DNA of 64,000 nucleotides from a virus, in IMG/VR virus record IMGVR_UViG_3300038443_002312, positions 1 to 64,000 of that record; one strand, given 5' to 3'. Position 1 is the stretch's first letter; each line of letters starts with the position of its first letter. The notes under the pieces were generated by a model. The model ran no database searches. It was not told the origin of the DNA and saw only the letters and a program-made list of their open reading frames with translations. Of this stretch, positions 48,033 through 59,094 are shown in pieces. A program made the position numbers and the translations under genes.

Positions 48033-48743
48033 TCACGCCCCCGGGCCAGCCGGGCCCGCGCACGTCCGGCACACGAGCACGTGCTCCCGCCCCGCCGGAA
48101 TAATGACGTCCCCCGCCGTCGTCCGCTCGGGCGTCCGGGTGACCCACACCCCGCCGGCCAGGTCCTCTTGCCACCGGGATCGGCCGCAGCCCGCGCACGT
48201 GAACCAGCCGGGGAGGCGGCCGGGCGTCGTAAACTCGCCGCCGGCCGCCCGGATCGCGTCGAGGACCGCCGGGTCAGGGCCGATCGCCTCGACCACGCGG
48301 TCGACCTGGTGCCGGGCGAGGCCCTTCAGATCCTCCGGGTGGACCGGCGAGGCGTCGCGGCCCGCGAGCAGGCGGACCACGTGCTCCAGTTCCGCCCGCG
48401 GGACGAACGCCCGGCCCTGGGCCCCGGCGGTCCGCTCGGCCACCCGCTCCTCGACGAGCTTGTCCAGGAGCCCGTCGTCCGGGGCCCGCCCGGCGAGCAC
48501 GGCCAGGGCGAGGGCCTGGGTGTCGGTCAGCCGCCCGGCGTCGTCCTGGGCCAGGATCAGGTCGGCGGCCGCGATCGACTCGCCGGACCACACCCCGGCC
48601 CAGCCGACCGCCTTGACCCACCGCCACGCCGGCCCGTCGTTCACGGCGGCCCCGACCCCGACGGCCGCGAGGTGACACCCGCCGTCGTGCAGCCGGAAGC
48701 GGTAGACGCCGGGCGTCAGGGCGTTCAACTCCTCCCGGGTCAC
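48033..48743 (-). CDS. Paralog family member 4 (shared C-terminal half)
   Basis: FVPRAELE..GPDPAVLDAIR..CAGC..VCRTCA. Confidence 0.55.
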   Translation of the reverse strand: MTREELNALTPGVYRFRLHDGGCHLAAVGVGAAVNDGPAWRWVKAVGWAGVWSGESIAAADLILAQDDAGRLTDTQALALAVLAGRAPDDGLLDKLVEERVAERTAGAQGRAFVPRAELEHVVRLLAGRDASPVHPEDLKGLARHQVDRVVEAIGPDPAVLDAIRAAGGEFTTPGRLPGWFTCAGCGRSRWQEDLAGGVWVTRTPERTTAGDVIIPAGREHVLVCRTCAGPAGPGA

Positions 48744-49941
48744 TTCTCGCCCCCGTCGACCAGGTCGGTGTCGGCCAGCCGGTCGGCCAGGTCCGCGGCC
48801 CACTTCGTCCGGATCTCCCGCAACGTCTCCTCGACGAGTTCGGCCACCGTCGGGGCGAACGTCTTCTCCCAGACGATGAACCCGCCGACCCCGGCCAGCC
48901 AGGCGGCCGCCCCGGTCCAGGTCAACGCCGGCACCCCCAGGGCCACGCCGACCAGTTCGGCCACCACCCCGGCGACCGCGAACGCCAGAAACCCGAGATG
49001 AATCCCCTGCCGGGTCCGGGCCCGCAACCGCCGCACACGCGCGAACATGACTCCTCCTCGGTTAGCGGGCCCCCAGCGCCTCGCCGAGCGTCGGCCCGCG
49101 GCGGAGGTCGGCCGGCATCCGCCCGGTGTCGGTCGGGTCCAGGCACTGCCGCAGGGTGCCGGCCGCGTGCCACGGGTCACCGGCCAGCGGCGGGTGGTAC
49201 TGGCCGCCGCCGGAGAACACCCCGGCCCGCCCGGTCATCGTCCGGACGAGTAGCTTCGACCCCTCCCACTGCACCCGCCGGTCGGCGTCGAGCGTGAGGG
49301 CGACCATCTTCCGCTCGCCCCACGGCACGTACCGGATGCCGTCGACCGCGATCAGCGCCTCGCTCACCTTGTCGGCCCCCGCCGGGACCTGGAGGTGCCT
49401 CACCTCCCAGTCGAGTTGATTCCCCGCGAACCAGAACGGCGGGCTCTCGACCTTCGCCGCCTCCGCGACCAGGAAGGCGACCAGGGCCGCGACCGCCACC
49501 AGACAGCACGCCGGACCGCGCATGAGGGACCTCCTATCAGGCCAGCCACTCCCGCTCCGCCGCCTCGGCCAGGTAGGCCCACAGGAGGTCGGCGTCGCCC
49601 CGCCCCGCGACCGGGACGAGACCCAGGCTCAGGACCCACCCGCCCGCGTAGGCCCGGGTGATGACGTCGAACGGACTACCCGGGCTCACGTTCATCGGCG
49701 TCCTCCACTCGGGCCGCGGACGCCGCCCCCTGGTCCCAGCCGTGCTGGTGCCCGGTCACCGCCCCGCACAGGAACCCGACCGGGGCGAAGACCCAGGCCG
49801 TGGCCAGGACGGCGATGACCGCCCCGCCCAGATCCGGGCAGGCGGCGGCGGCCACGAGCCCGGCCGCCGACCACAGGAAGAGGCACCAGGACAGGACCCG
49901 GGTTGCGATCGTGGCCGGCCGGGTTTCGACCGTCGACTTGT

Positions 49942-50433
49942 TCACGCCCCCTCCCCGCAGCCCAGGGCCCCGACGTCCAGGCGGTCGAAGAACGACCGCC
50001 ACGGGACCGCCCGCCCGGTCAGCCGGCCGGCCGCGTCCAGGCAGTAGAAGAACCAACTGCGGCACTTCGGGCCGCGGAACACCAGCGTCCAGCAGTCCCG
50101 CCCGGGCGGCAGTTCGACCCGGTGCCGCCACGCCGCCGGCCGGCGGAGCACCCGCCCCGGCCCGTACCACCGCCGCCCCGCAGCCCCGTCCGCCCGCGGC
50201 GCGTGCTCGTAATAGCCCCCGGAGAGGATGATCGAGGTGTAGGGCCACGGATGACAGTGCAAAGCGTCGTCCGAGTCCCCCCGCAGGAAGTGGTGCAGGA
50301 AGACGGCCGGGCCGGTCCCGGTCGTCCGCCGCCCGCGGAGCGTCCACCGCCGCAGGTACACGTCGTCCCCGCGGCCGATGTCGGACCGGGGTTCGACGGC
50401 CAGGCGGTCGGCCAGGCGGTCCGGCCACGTCAC
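49942..50433 (-). CDS. Cupin-like phage protein
   Basis: YLRRW..LHHFLRGDSDDALHCHPW..ILSGGYYE..HRVEL..WTLV. Confidence 0.65.
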   Translation of the reverse strand: MTWPDRLADRLAVEPRSDIGRGDDVYLRRWTLRGRRTTGTGPAVFLHHFLRGDSDDALHCHPWPYTSIILSGGYYEHAPRADGAAGRRWYGPGRVLRRPAAWRHRVELPPGRDCWTLVFRGPKCRSWFFYCLDAAGRLTGRAVPWRSFFDRLDVGALGCGEGA

Positions 50434-51797
50434 GACAGCCCCTCCTCGGCCCGCCACACCTCATCGGCCAGACCCAGGGCCTCGTCCGCCTTCCGCCGGG
50501 CGTCGGCCACCTGGGCCCGGAAGTAGGCCAGGGCCTCGCGGACGGTCGACCGCCAGCCGTCGTCCTGGCCCGCGGCCGGGAACAGGACGCCCCAGTCCTG
50601 CCAGCACCCGCGCATGGTGTTCCCCCCGCCCAGGCGGCGGACGATTCCCACCGCGAACTCCCGGACGGCCAGGACGGGCCCCGTGTCGATCTCGACCACC
50701 CGGGCCTGGGTGACGACGTAATTACTCGGGCTGCGGACGTTCCCGACGTCGCGCATCGACACCCGGTACACGATGTCCCCGGGCCGCCGGTCGGCCCAGA
50801 ACGGCAGCAGCCCCGCGGTGGTCTTCTCACTGCCCACGGTCCGCCTCCCCTGCCAGTTGGTTGGCCGAAATGTCCCGGGACCGGACGGCCCGCGGCCCGT
50901 CCGGCGGGTCGGCCGCCGGGTCCGGGTTCGTCCGCGCGACCGCCTCGACCCACTCCCGCGTCCCGGCCGTCGCGACCTCGGCGGACACCGGGCCCCAGGT
51001 CGCCCGCGGGCCGGCCCCGCCGACGAGCCCGCAGAACCCGTTCAGGAGGCCGAGGACGGACACCGCCGGCACGCCGGCCCCGGTCTCCGCCCCGCCCCAG
51101 CACTGCACGGTCGGGTGATCGGCCAGGGCCTCGGAGCACTCGGCCCGGTGCAGGAGCAGGGCCGACACGGCCCCCCGGTCGAGGGCCAGGGCCTCGTTCA
51201 GGTACGCGACCAGCGCGTCCGTCCACGGGGCCGGGCCCCAGGCCGGCCCCCACTTCGGCAGTTGGGAGAGCGGGAGGTTGATACTCGGGGCCCGGGCGAC
51301 CCGGGCGAGCACGCCCGTCAGTTCCGCGCGGGTCAGCCGCTCCAGCGCGGCCACCACCTCGGCCTCGACCGCCTCCACCACCCCCGCCCGGTCGTCACTC
51401 GCCTGGCCCACGGTCGCCCTCCCCCGGTCCGAGTAGTCCCTTGGCCGCCAGTTTCGCGCGGATCGCCCGCAGGAGCGGGTCGGCGTCGACCGCCCGCAGG
51501 GCCGCCTCCAGGTCCGCCGCCCGCTTCTCCAGGGCCTTGGCCCGGGCCTCCAGCCCCTCGATCGCCAGGCCGAGGATGCTGGCCCCGGCGACCATCGCGA
51601 GGGCCAGGAACGGGCAGACGACGCCCATGGTGCGGAATCCGGCGACCGCCGCCGGGCCCGTCGTGTCGCCGAACGCCCCGGCCACGTACAGGAGCCACAG
51701 GACGGCCAGGGTCAGGGCGGTGAGCCCGAAGGTCAGCCACTGATGCTCCCGCGCCGTCAGTTTCCGCCGCTCGTCCGCCATGTGCCCTCCCGGCCCG

Positions 51798-52520
51798 TCA
51801 GGCCGCCCCCGTGTCCATGAACCCGGTGAAGTCCATCCGCCCGGCCAGCCGGGCGAGGATCTTGACCTCCAGCTGCCGGACCCGCTCGCGGGTGATCCCG
51901 AAGGTCGCCCCGACCGCGTCCAGGGTCAGCCCCTCGACGAACCGCAGGCGGACGACCTCGGCCTGCCGCGGGTCGAGCCAGCGGTTGACCTCCCGCCAGA
52001 ACGCCGCCCGGTCCAGGCTGGCGCCGCCCTCCTCGGTCGGGTCCCGCTCGGTGTCGTCCGCGAGCAGGGGCCCGCGCGGCGACCGGGTGAGGTCCCCCTT
52101 CGTCGCCCCGATCGGCTGGTCGAGCGAGACCGGGCGGTGGACGTAGCGCATCTCGGTCTCGTTCGGGACCCGGGCCCCGGCGTTCGACTCGCGGGCCCGG
52201 AACCGGCGGAGGCGCATCTCGACCCAGTAGGTGGCGTAGGTCAGGTACGACGTCCCGCGGGTCGGGTCGTACCGCCGGGCCGCGAGGACCAGGCCCACGA
52301 CCGCCTCCTGCCGCATGTCGTCGAGGGCCACCGCCGCCCGGTTCATCTGCCACCACCGGTACGCCAGCCCGAAGGCCAGCGGGCGGAACCGGACGACGAC
52401 CGCCTCGCGCTCCGGGGCGGTCAGGTAGGGCAGGTCGGCCGCGGGGCCGCCGTCGTCCGCGAGGCGGCCGAGGGCCGCCTCGTCCGCCCCGTCCCACTCG
52501 ACCGGGGTGGCCCGCCTCAG
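51798..52520 (-). CDS. Sigma-70 family RNA polymerase sigma factor (start uncertain)
   Basis: LDDMRQEAVVGLVLAARRYDPTRGTSYLTYATYWV; VSLDQPI; VVRLRFVEGLTLDAVGATFGITRERVRQLE. Confidence 0.85.
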   Translation of the reverse strand: MRRATPVEWDGADEAALGRLADDGGPAADLPYLTAPEREAVVVRFRPLAFGLAYRWWQMNRAAVALDDMRQEAVVGLVLAARRYDPTRGTSYLTYATYWVEMRLRRFRARESNAGARVPNETEMRYVHRPVSLDQPIGATKGDLTRSPRGPLLADDTERDPTEEGGASLDRAAFWREVNRWLDPRQAEVVRLRFVEGLTLDAVGATFGITRERVRQLEVKILARLAGRMDFTGFMDTGAA

Positions 52521-53125
52521 CGGGGGCGGGTCAGTTCCTCCAGCCGCCGCTCCCCCGCCGGGGTCAGCCGCCACTTCGCCCCGGTCGACCACCCGGTCAG
52601 CTGGAACAGGTGGCGGTGGACCGCCATCGCGTTCCGGGTCGACTGGGCCGACCGGCCGACCGCCCGGGCCAGCACGGTCACCTTGGTCGGCCCGCCCGCG
52701 AGCAGGCGGATCAGGCGGTCCACGACGTCGCCCCCGGCTGGGACCGGGTCCGGGGCGACGGCTTTTCCCGGTGGGGCCGCCGGGCGGTCCGGCCGCGGCG
52801 GGGGCGGGGCGAAGCAGGGGGCCGGGGGCGGTGGCCCCGGGTCCGGCTGGTCGGGGTCCGGCGCCCGGGCCGGCAGCGCGTCGACCAGTCGCGGCGGCGC
52901 GTCCCGGGCGACGACGACCAGGGCGGCGATGGGTCCGGCCTCGGCGACCACCCGGACGGCCTCCCGGCCCAGCAGGCGGGCCAGGGCGTTCCGCTGGGCC
53001 ACGAATTCGGCCAGCCGCGCGTCGGCCGCCGCCAGCGTGTCCGCCGACACCCGCGGCAGGACCGCGAGGAAGGCGGCCCACGGGTCGCCTTCCGCCGCCG
53101 TCAGTTCTGCGGGCGACTCTCCCAC
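52517..53125 (-). CDS. Hypothetical protein with C-terminal HTH
   Basis: LIRLLAGGPTKVTVLARAVGRS. Confidence 0.5.
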   Translation of the reverse strand: MGESPAELTAAEGDPWAAFLAVLPRVSADTLAAADARLAEFVAQRNALARLLGREAVRVVAEAGPIAALVVVARDAPPRLVDALPARAPDPDQPDPGPPPPAPCFAPPPPRPDRPAAPPGKAVAPDPVPAGGDVVDRLIRLLAGGPTKVTVLARAVGRSAQSTRNAMAVHRHLFQLTGWSTGAKWRLTPAGERRLEELTRPR

Positions 53126-54504
53126 GGCCGATCTCCCCGTCAGTTGCTCTCGGTGGCCACCACGGCGTCCGGCCCGACCGGATCGCCCGCGTCGCGGAAC
53201 TCCTTCAAAACCGCGAGCATGTCGTGCACCTCGCCCCGCCCGACCACGAGCAGGTAGTCGAACCCGGCCGCCTGGGCCGTCGGGATGCCGCCGCCGTCGA
53301 CCGTGACGGTCAGTACGGGTTCCGCGGCCAGCCTCTCCAACCGGGCGACCACGTCCGCGAGCGTTTTCATCACCCCTCCGCCGGCCGGGCCGGCACGTTC
53401 ACCAGTTCGAGCCGACCCCGGTCAGTTCCCGCCGACTCCCGGCCCCGCCCCGCCGAGCCCGCGGACGACCACGTGCCGCTCGTGCATGTCGCGGAGCACG
53501 GCCGCGTCGGCGTCGGACAGGCCCGGGATCTTCGCCGCGTCCACCACCACCCGGACGACGCCCGGCCAAAACGCTTCCCGCCGCCGGCACAGGGCGACCA
53601 CGAACGCCAGGTCGGACAGGATCGCGGCCGCCGGGTCGCCCGGCTCGATGTCCTCCAGCCGCCGGGCCAGGTCGCACGGGTCGACCTCGACCGGGATCGC
53701 CTTCAGGGCGTCCGCGAGCCGGCTGTCTCGTACCGGGCGCGCCGGTCGCCCTCACCCCCGACCCCGCCGTCCAGGGCGTACTCCACGACGACCCGCAGTT
53801 TGACCCGCCCCTCCATCGCACCCCTCCCGGCCAACCCGTTGGCCACTAGCCCCGACCGTCCCCGGCCGGCGCGTTCGCCACCCGGACGTCGGGGGTGTTC
53901 TCGGCCATCTCCCGGAGGGCGCCCAGGTACCGGGCCCGCTCCTCGGCGTCCGCCGCCCGCCCCGCGACCACCCCGGCGTCGACCACCAGGACCGCCGGGG
54001 ATGTCACCCCCGTCGTCCCGCCCCCGGCCAACCGCTGGACCACCGCCGCCGCCGTCAGGACGTCGTCAGCCGCCTCCCCGGCCGCCTCCATGAGCCCGAG
54101 CACCAGGTCCTCGGGCAAGACCTCCTCGCTCGCCAGGGTCGCCACCAGGGCGACCCCGATCGCCCGGCCGATCGCCTCCCCGGCCGGCCCGTTCACCCCG
54201 GCCTGCTCGGTCGTCTCGAACCGCCGGGCCCGCGACCCGTCGTCGAACTCCAGGACGAGCCGGAACTTCACCGTGTCGCCCATGTCGCCCTCCCTCGCCG
54301 CCACTAGGACCACTTACCGCCGGGCCCCGAAGTACCACCGCACGAACTGCACGTAGGCCACCCCGAACCCGGACCCCCAGACCGCGAACACGAACACCAC
54401 CCCGTGCAGGGCCGGCGGCAGGGTCGCGGCCGCGGCACACGCCGCCACCCCCAGGCACCCGAACCCGAAGGCCAAGGGCTTCAGCCAGTCCCCCGCGTCG
54501 TCCA

Positions 54505-56136
54505 TCACGCCGCCTCCAGGTCCGCCCACCCGAGTTTCACCCGCATGTCCGCCGCCGCGATCGCGATCCCCCACGCCACCGCCAAATCGTCCAGCAGCGG
54601 GGCCGGGGCCGCGAGCGTGTCCGCCTCGATCGTGATGATCTGGTCGTACAGGTCCCGGGAGTGCACCACGCACCGGTTCGCCGTGATCCGGCTCGCCGCC
54701 CGGTGGTACATGAGTTCCTTACTCCGCCCGTCCGTCGCCCACCCCTTGCCCCCGTCCGGCCCGTTCCCCAGGCTCGCGTCGTAGTCCCCCCGGTCCCGGA
54801 CCGTGTGCCACCACGTGATGAACGCGTGCCCGTGGTTGTTCCGCTCCGGCATCACCCGGCACTTCGCCCCGGCCGGCTTCCGGTACCAGTCGCACAGGGC
54901 CGCCGAGTAACTGGCCAGGACCTCCGGCGTGTACTTCCCCCGGACGATCGCCACCTCCTCGCCCGACTCGTCGTCCACCACCACGAGCGCCGAGTCGCAC
55001 GACGTCCGCAGGCCCTGGGCCGGGTCCCCGCCGATCGTGTACGCCCGCCCCATCTCCGGCACCCGGTACACCCGGCACCCCTGCTGGTGCTGGTACCCCG
55101 GCAGGGACGCCGGGCACCGGGCCTCGCCCTTCCCGTAGGTGGGGTGGTCCCACGCCGCCTTGGCCCGCGCCAAGGGCACCGGGTCCAGCGGCACGAAGAC
55201 GTGCGAGCACCGGTCCTCCGGGAACCGCTTGTCCAACTGCGAGGCCGCCAGGGCCTCCTCGGGCGTGGCCGGGTACGACTCGTGGACCGCGTCCAGACTG
55301 AACGTCGTCGCCTTGCTGTGGGCCACCTGAGCCCGGTACCACGCCCGGGTCCGCTCCGGCCGCGCCCACCACGGCAGGAAGCACGCCGCCGCCCCCGGCA
55401 GGTTCCCCGCCCGGGCCTCCCGCCACAGGTTCTTGAACACGCTCCCCGGGGCCTTCTTGTCCACCCGGGAGATCAGGAACAGTTTCCCCCCGTTGTCCAC
55501 CGTCGGCTTGACCCGGGACAGGAGCACCTCCAGCTTCGGGATCAGGTCGCACTCGTCGATGACGGCGACCGAGGCCGTGTACGAGTCCCCGGCACTGGTC
55601 GGGAAGGCCCGGGCCGTCGCCCCGTTCGCCAGGAACCACTGGTGCCCGCTCTCCCCCTGGAGCTTCCCGCCCCGGGTGAACGACCCCGCCGGGTGCAGCC
55701 ACGGCGGCAGGCGGACGAACATCCCCTTCAGCCGCCGCATCATCTCCAGGGCCTCGGTGTCCCGGAGGGAGAACAGCAGGGCCGACGTCTGCGGGACGAA
55801 GAGGAGCATCCACAGCACGAACGCGAGGGCCAGCCAGGTCAGCCCGATCTGCCGGGGCTTGAGCACGTACACCTGGGAAAATCGCCTAAACTTCTGGAGC
55901 GGGTCGATCTGGGCCGGCCACAACTCGAACCGCACCCAGTCCCCGCCCACCGACTCCCCGAGCGACGTCGTCCTCGCCGCCACCTCGATACTGCAATACG
56001 TGCTGACGAAGTACCACGGGCTCGTCGCGCACTTCGCCGCCTCGGCCGCGACCACCTCCGCGGCCGGCTCGTCGTCCCACGCCGCCCAACTGGGGCGGAC
56101 GTACCCCGCCACGGCCTCCTTACCCCGGGTCGCCAT
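54505..56136 (-). CDS. terL: Terminase large subunit
   Basis: LKPRQIGLTW (Walker A variant), AVIDECD (Walker B), ESYPATPEEAL, IGGDPAQG..DS, PERNNHG, DDLAVAWG nuclease motifs. Confidence 0.9.
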   Translation of the reverse strand: MATRGKEAVAGYVRPSWAAWDDEPAAEVVAAEAAKCATSPWYFVSTYCSIEVAARTTSLGESVGGDWVRFELWPAQIDPLQKFRRFSQVYVLKPRQIGLTWLALAFVLWMLLFVPQTSALLFSLRDTEALEMMRRLKGMFVRLPPWLHPAGSFTRGGKLQGESGHQWFLANGATARAFPTSAGDSYTASVAVIDECDLIPKLEVLLSRVKPTVDNGGKLFLISRVDKKAPGSVFKNLWREARAGNLPGAAACFLPWWARPERTRAWYRAQVAHSKATTFSLDAVHESYPATPEEALAASQLDKRFPEDRCSHVFVPLDPVPLARAKAAWDHPTYGKGEARCPASLPGYQHQQGCRVYRVPEMGRAYTIGGDPAQGLRTSCDSALVVVDDESGEEVAIVRGKYTPEVLASYSAALCDWYRKPAGAKCRVMPERNNHGHAFITWWHTVRDRGDYDASLGNGPDGGKGWATDGRSKELMYHRAASRITANRCVVHSRDLYDQIITIEADTLAAPAPLLDDLAVAWGIAIAAADMRVKLGWADLEAA

Positions 56137-56453
56137 TCAACCCATCTCCCGCAGGGCCGCCTCGTACACCTTCACCAGCCCGTCCCGGTCGGTCGGCTCG
56201 TCCCCCCGACAAATGGCCAGGACCGCCTGCCGGGCTTCGAGCAGGGGCCAGTCCGTTGGCAGAACCCGGTCCCCGAACGGGTCGGCGAAAAAGGCCGCGT
56301 CCGCCGTCGCCTCGTCGTCGGCCATCCCCTTGGCGGCCGCGAGGCAGCACCGCAGGCAGTACGAGCCCGCCCCGGCCGGGCACGTCTCCGGGTGCGGGTC
56401 GCCCCCGTCCCGGGCGACCGCGAGGGCCAGTTCCACCACCCGCCGGGCCGTGG

Positions 56454-58133
56454 TCATTCCGGGACCACCTCGACCCAGTCGGTCCGGGTCGTGTACGCGT
56501 CGAGCCCGCCGGACTCCTCCGCCCGCAACCGGGTCATCCGCCCCGGTTCCGGCGACTCGGCCACCCGGTACACCGGCCCGCCCCGGCTCGTCCGTACCCG
56601 GGTCCCGACCGGCACGTCTTCGAGGGCGAAGAGTCGCGTGGTCTCCGCCCCGGCCGTGACGTCCTTCGGCACCGGGTAGACCATCGCGCCTTCCCCGATG
56701 CAGGCCCTGACGTTGTGCCGGAGGTTGACCAGTTCCAGGACCCCCGGGCCCCGGTCACTGGCGGGACCGATCACCCGGAACACCGTCTCTTTCTCCGGCG
56801 ACTCGCGGAACCAGTCCCCCGGCTTCAGGTCGCCCGCCCGGACCGCCCGCGGGCCCGCGGTCGGCTCACCGGAACCCGACTTCGTCTCACCGGCCGGTCC
56901 GCCCGCGGGTTCCGGGTAGACGACCGCGTCCGCCCCGACCCGCGTCTGCCGGTTCTCGGCGAGGTTCTTCACCGCCACGACGGCCGGGAGGTCGAGCGGG
57001 CCGACCACCTCGAAGACCGTCTCGGCCCCCGGGGAGCAGCGGAACCAGGCGCCCGGCTCCAGGTCGCGGGCCCGGACCGCCCCGGCCGGCAGGGGACTCG
57101 GCTCGGCCGGCCACGCCCCCGCCCCGATCACCTCGACCCGCGTCTCGGGGTCCATCCACAGCGTCCCGCGGTCGGGCACGTGGACCTCGACCCCCCTCAG
57201 GGAGTCGTACCCGCGGACCTTGTACACACCCCCGCCCGGCCGGGTGCGGACGACCGCCCCGGCGTCCAGGTCGCCGATCCGCACCAGCCCGGCGGCGTCG
57301 GGCCCGACCGCCGTCTTGTCCCGGGCCGGGGCGGCCTCCCTCGTCGCCTCGTGGACGACCTCGACCACCGTGTCGGTCGACTCCCAGGAGACGCCGCCGT
57401 CCGGGGCGGTCAGTTTGACCCCCTTCAGGGAGTCGTACCCGCCGACCGTGCTGGCCGGGTCGCCCGGATTGCCCCGGACCGCCGACCCCAGGGGCAGGTC
57501 GCCGAGCCGGGCCCGCCGCCCGGTGGGGAAGGGGACCTCCGCCTCGGCCCGGGCTCGCCGCCTGCCAAGCGGGATTTCCGCCTGGACCCGACCGAGCAGG
57601 TCCGCGGCCAGTTTCACGCCGTCCCGGGACGCCTGCTCGACCCGCTCCTTCGCGGCCTCGACCGCCGCCAGAGCGGCGGGCACGTCCGCCTTAGCCGCCC
57701 CGACCACCTCGACGAACCGGCCGGCCGAGGCGTGCATCAGCGGTTCCCCGCCGGGCGTCTCCATCTGGACGTAGTTGGGCATCCCCTGGACCGCCGCCAC
57801 CCGCTCGACCTCGCCGCCCGCGAGCGTCCGGACCAGCGTCCCCGGCGGGAGCTTGCCGAGGACCGCGAACAGGGGGGCGGCGGGCGCGGGGGCCGCCGCC
57901 TCCGGGACGACCCGCAGGGCCGCCGCCGGGAGGGTCGCGAGCCGCACGCCCCCGTCCGGCCCCATCCAGGCGACCGCCACGTCCCCGGCCGCGAGCCGCA
58001 CCGGTTCGACCCCGCCCTTGCGGTGGTTGTACAGGGTGTCCCCCGCCACCGCCGAGACGACCATCCGGACCCCGCCGTCCTCGGGTTCCGAGGCCAGCCG
58101 GACCACCACCCCCTTCGCCACCCCGTCGCTCAT
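56454..58133 (-). CDS. Hypothetical protein built of tandem SH3-like repeats
   Basis: Repeated L.DL..G..VR...G..Y.V modules (about 6 copies). Confidence 0.6.
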   Translation of the reverse strand: MSDGVAKGVVVRLASEPEDGGVRMVVSAVAGDTLYNHRKGGVEPVRLAAGDVAVAWMGPDGGVRLATLPAAALRVVPEAAAPAPAAPLFAVLGKLPPGTLVRTLAGGEVERVAAVQGMPNYVQMETPGGEPLMHASAGRFVEVVGAAKADVPAALAAVEAAKERVEQASRDGVKLAADLLGRVQAEIPLGRRRARAEAEVPFPTGRRARLGDLPLGSAVRGNPGDPASTVGGYDSLKGVKLTAPDGGVSWESTDTVVEVVHEATREAAPARDKTAVGPDAAGLVRIGDLDAGAVVRTRPGGGVYKVRGYDSLRGVEVHVPDRGTLWMDPETRVEVIGAGAWPAEPSPLPAGAVRARDLEPGAWFRCSPGAETVFEVVGPLDLPAVVAVKNLAENRQTRVGADAVVYPEPAGGPAGETKSGSGEPTAGPRAVRAGDLKPGDWFRESPEKETVFRVIGPASDRGPGVLELVNLRHNVRACIGEGAMVYPVPKDVTAGAETTRLFALEDVPVGTRVRTSRGGPVYRVAESPEPGRMTRLRAEESGGLDAYTTRTDWVEVVPE

Positions 58134-58245
58134 GGTGCCCTCACGCCGTGGATTCCGAGATTGTAACGGAGTGCCGTAGGCCACCCTCATCAACCGCAGC
58201 CCGCCAAAGGCTGATCGGTTAAGTTGCCATCAAGCAGGCAGCAGA

Positions 58246-59094
58246 CTACGCCGTGGAAGATCCCGTTTCCCAACTCCGCCCGCAGGCGTCACACCGGACC
58301 TCCTGCGCGTCCCCGCCCTGCGGGCCGGTGTCGGACCGGGCGTACACCTTCCCCGCCGCCCGGCAGAACCGGCACGGTTCGTCCTCCAGCCACGCCCAGT
58401 CCCCGAACCCGGCGGCCGCGGTCTCGGCCGCCGGGCGGAGGGGGGTCGCCCCCGCCGGCACGAACCGCCCGTCGCGGAACTCCGTCAGGGGCCGGACCCA
58501 CGTCCCCGACGCCCCGCAGTAGACCACCACCGGGGTCATATCCTTCTCCAGGACCCCGCACGTGAGGACCTTGTACTCGCCCCCGGACTTCACGTGCCGC
58601 CACAACGACTCCGGCGGCGGCCCGTCCCGGGCGATCACCGCGTGCACCGCCGGCAGCGGGTCGCCGGCCAGCGGATTGGCAGGTGTGGCCGGGGGCGCGG
58701 CCCCCAGCACCCCCCGGACGGCCCGGGCGGCGGCCAGGTCGGCCGCCTCGACCGTCGGGTACTCCCGCCACCCCGGTCCCCGCTCGGTCCCGCCCCGGAG
58801 GGCCCGGAAGACGGCGGCCGGCAGGCACGGGTACGCGTCCCCCGGGTAGATCGTGGGGTCGTACCAGGCCGAAACGGTCGTGTACGGGCTCCGGGCCCGG
58901 ACCGCCCGGGCGAACGCCTCGGGCGGGTCGAGCCGGTCGACCTGGTCCGCCCGCTCCCGGTCCGCCCGCAGCCGGGTCACCTCGCCGAGCAATTTCAAGA
59001 CCAGCCGGGACTTGCGGCACCCGACCGCCGACAGTTCCACGCTCCCGGCCCGGAGTTCTTCTTCCTCGCCGGCCGTGATGTTCTCGTCGCTCAT
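58246..59094 (-). CDS. Multidomain protein with DUF1653-like domain and C-terminal Zn ribbon
   Basis: WRHVKSGGEYKVL..VVVY..WVRPLTEF; CRFC..CDAC. Confidence 0.65.
   Translation of the reverse strand: MSDENITAGEEEELRAGSVELSAVGCRKSRLVLKLLGEVTRLRADRERADQVDRLDPPEAFARAVRARSPYTTVSAWYDPTIYPGDAYPCLPAAVFRALRGGTERGPGWREYPTVEAADLAAARAVRGVLGAAPPATPANPLAGDPLPAVHAVIARDGPPPESLWRHVKSGGEYKVLTCGVLEKDMTPVVVYCGASGTWVRPLTEFRDGRFVPAGATPLRPAAETAAAGFGDWAWLEDEPCRFCRAAGKVYARSDTGPQGGDAQEVRCDACGRSWETGSSTA

Noticed and set aside
52610-52622. 13-nt match of the first array-C spacer region (gtggcggtggacc) to a phage gene, and 10-11-nt matches of other spacers (e.g. ccgactgttc near 31039)
   Set aside because: Short GC-rich matches are expected by chance given about 30 spacers; not accepted as self-targeting without a PAM/enrichment test.
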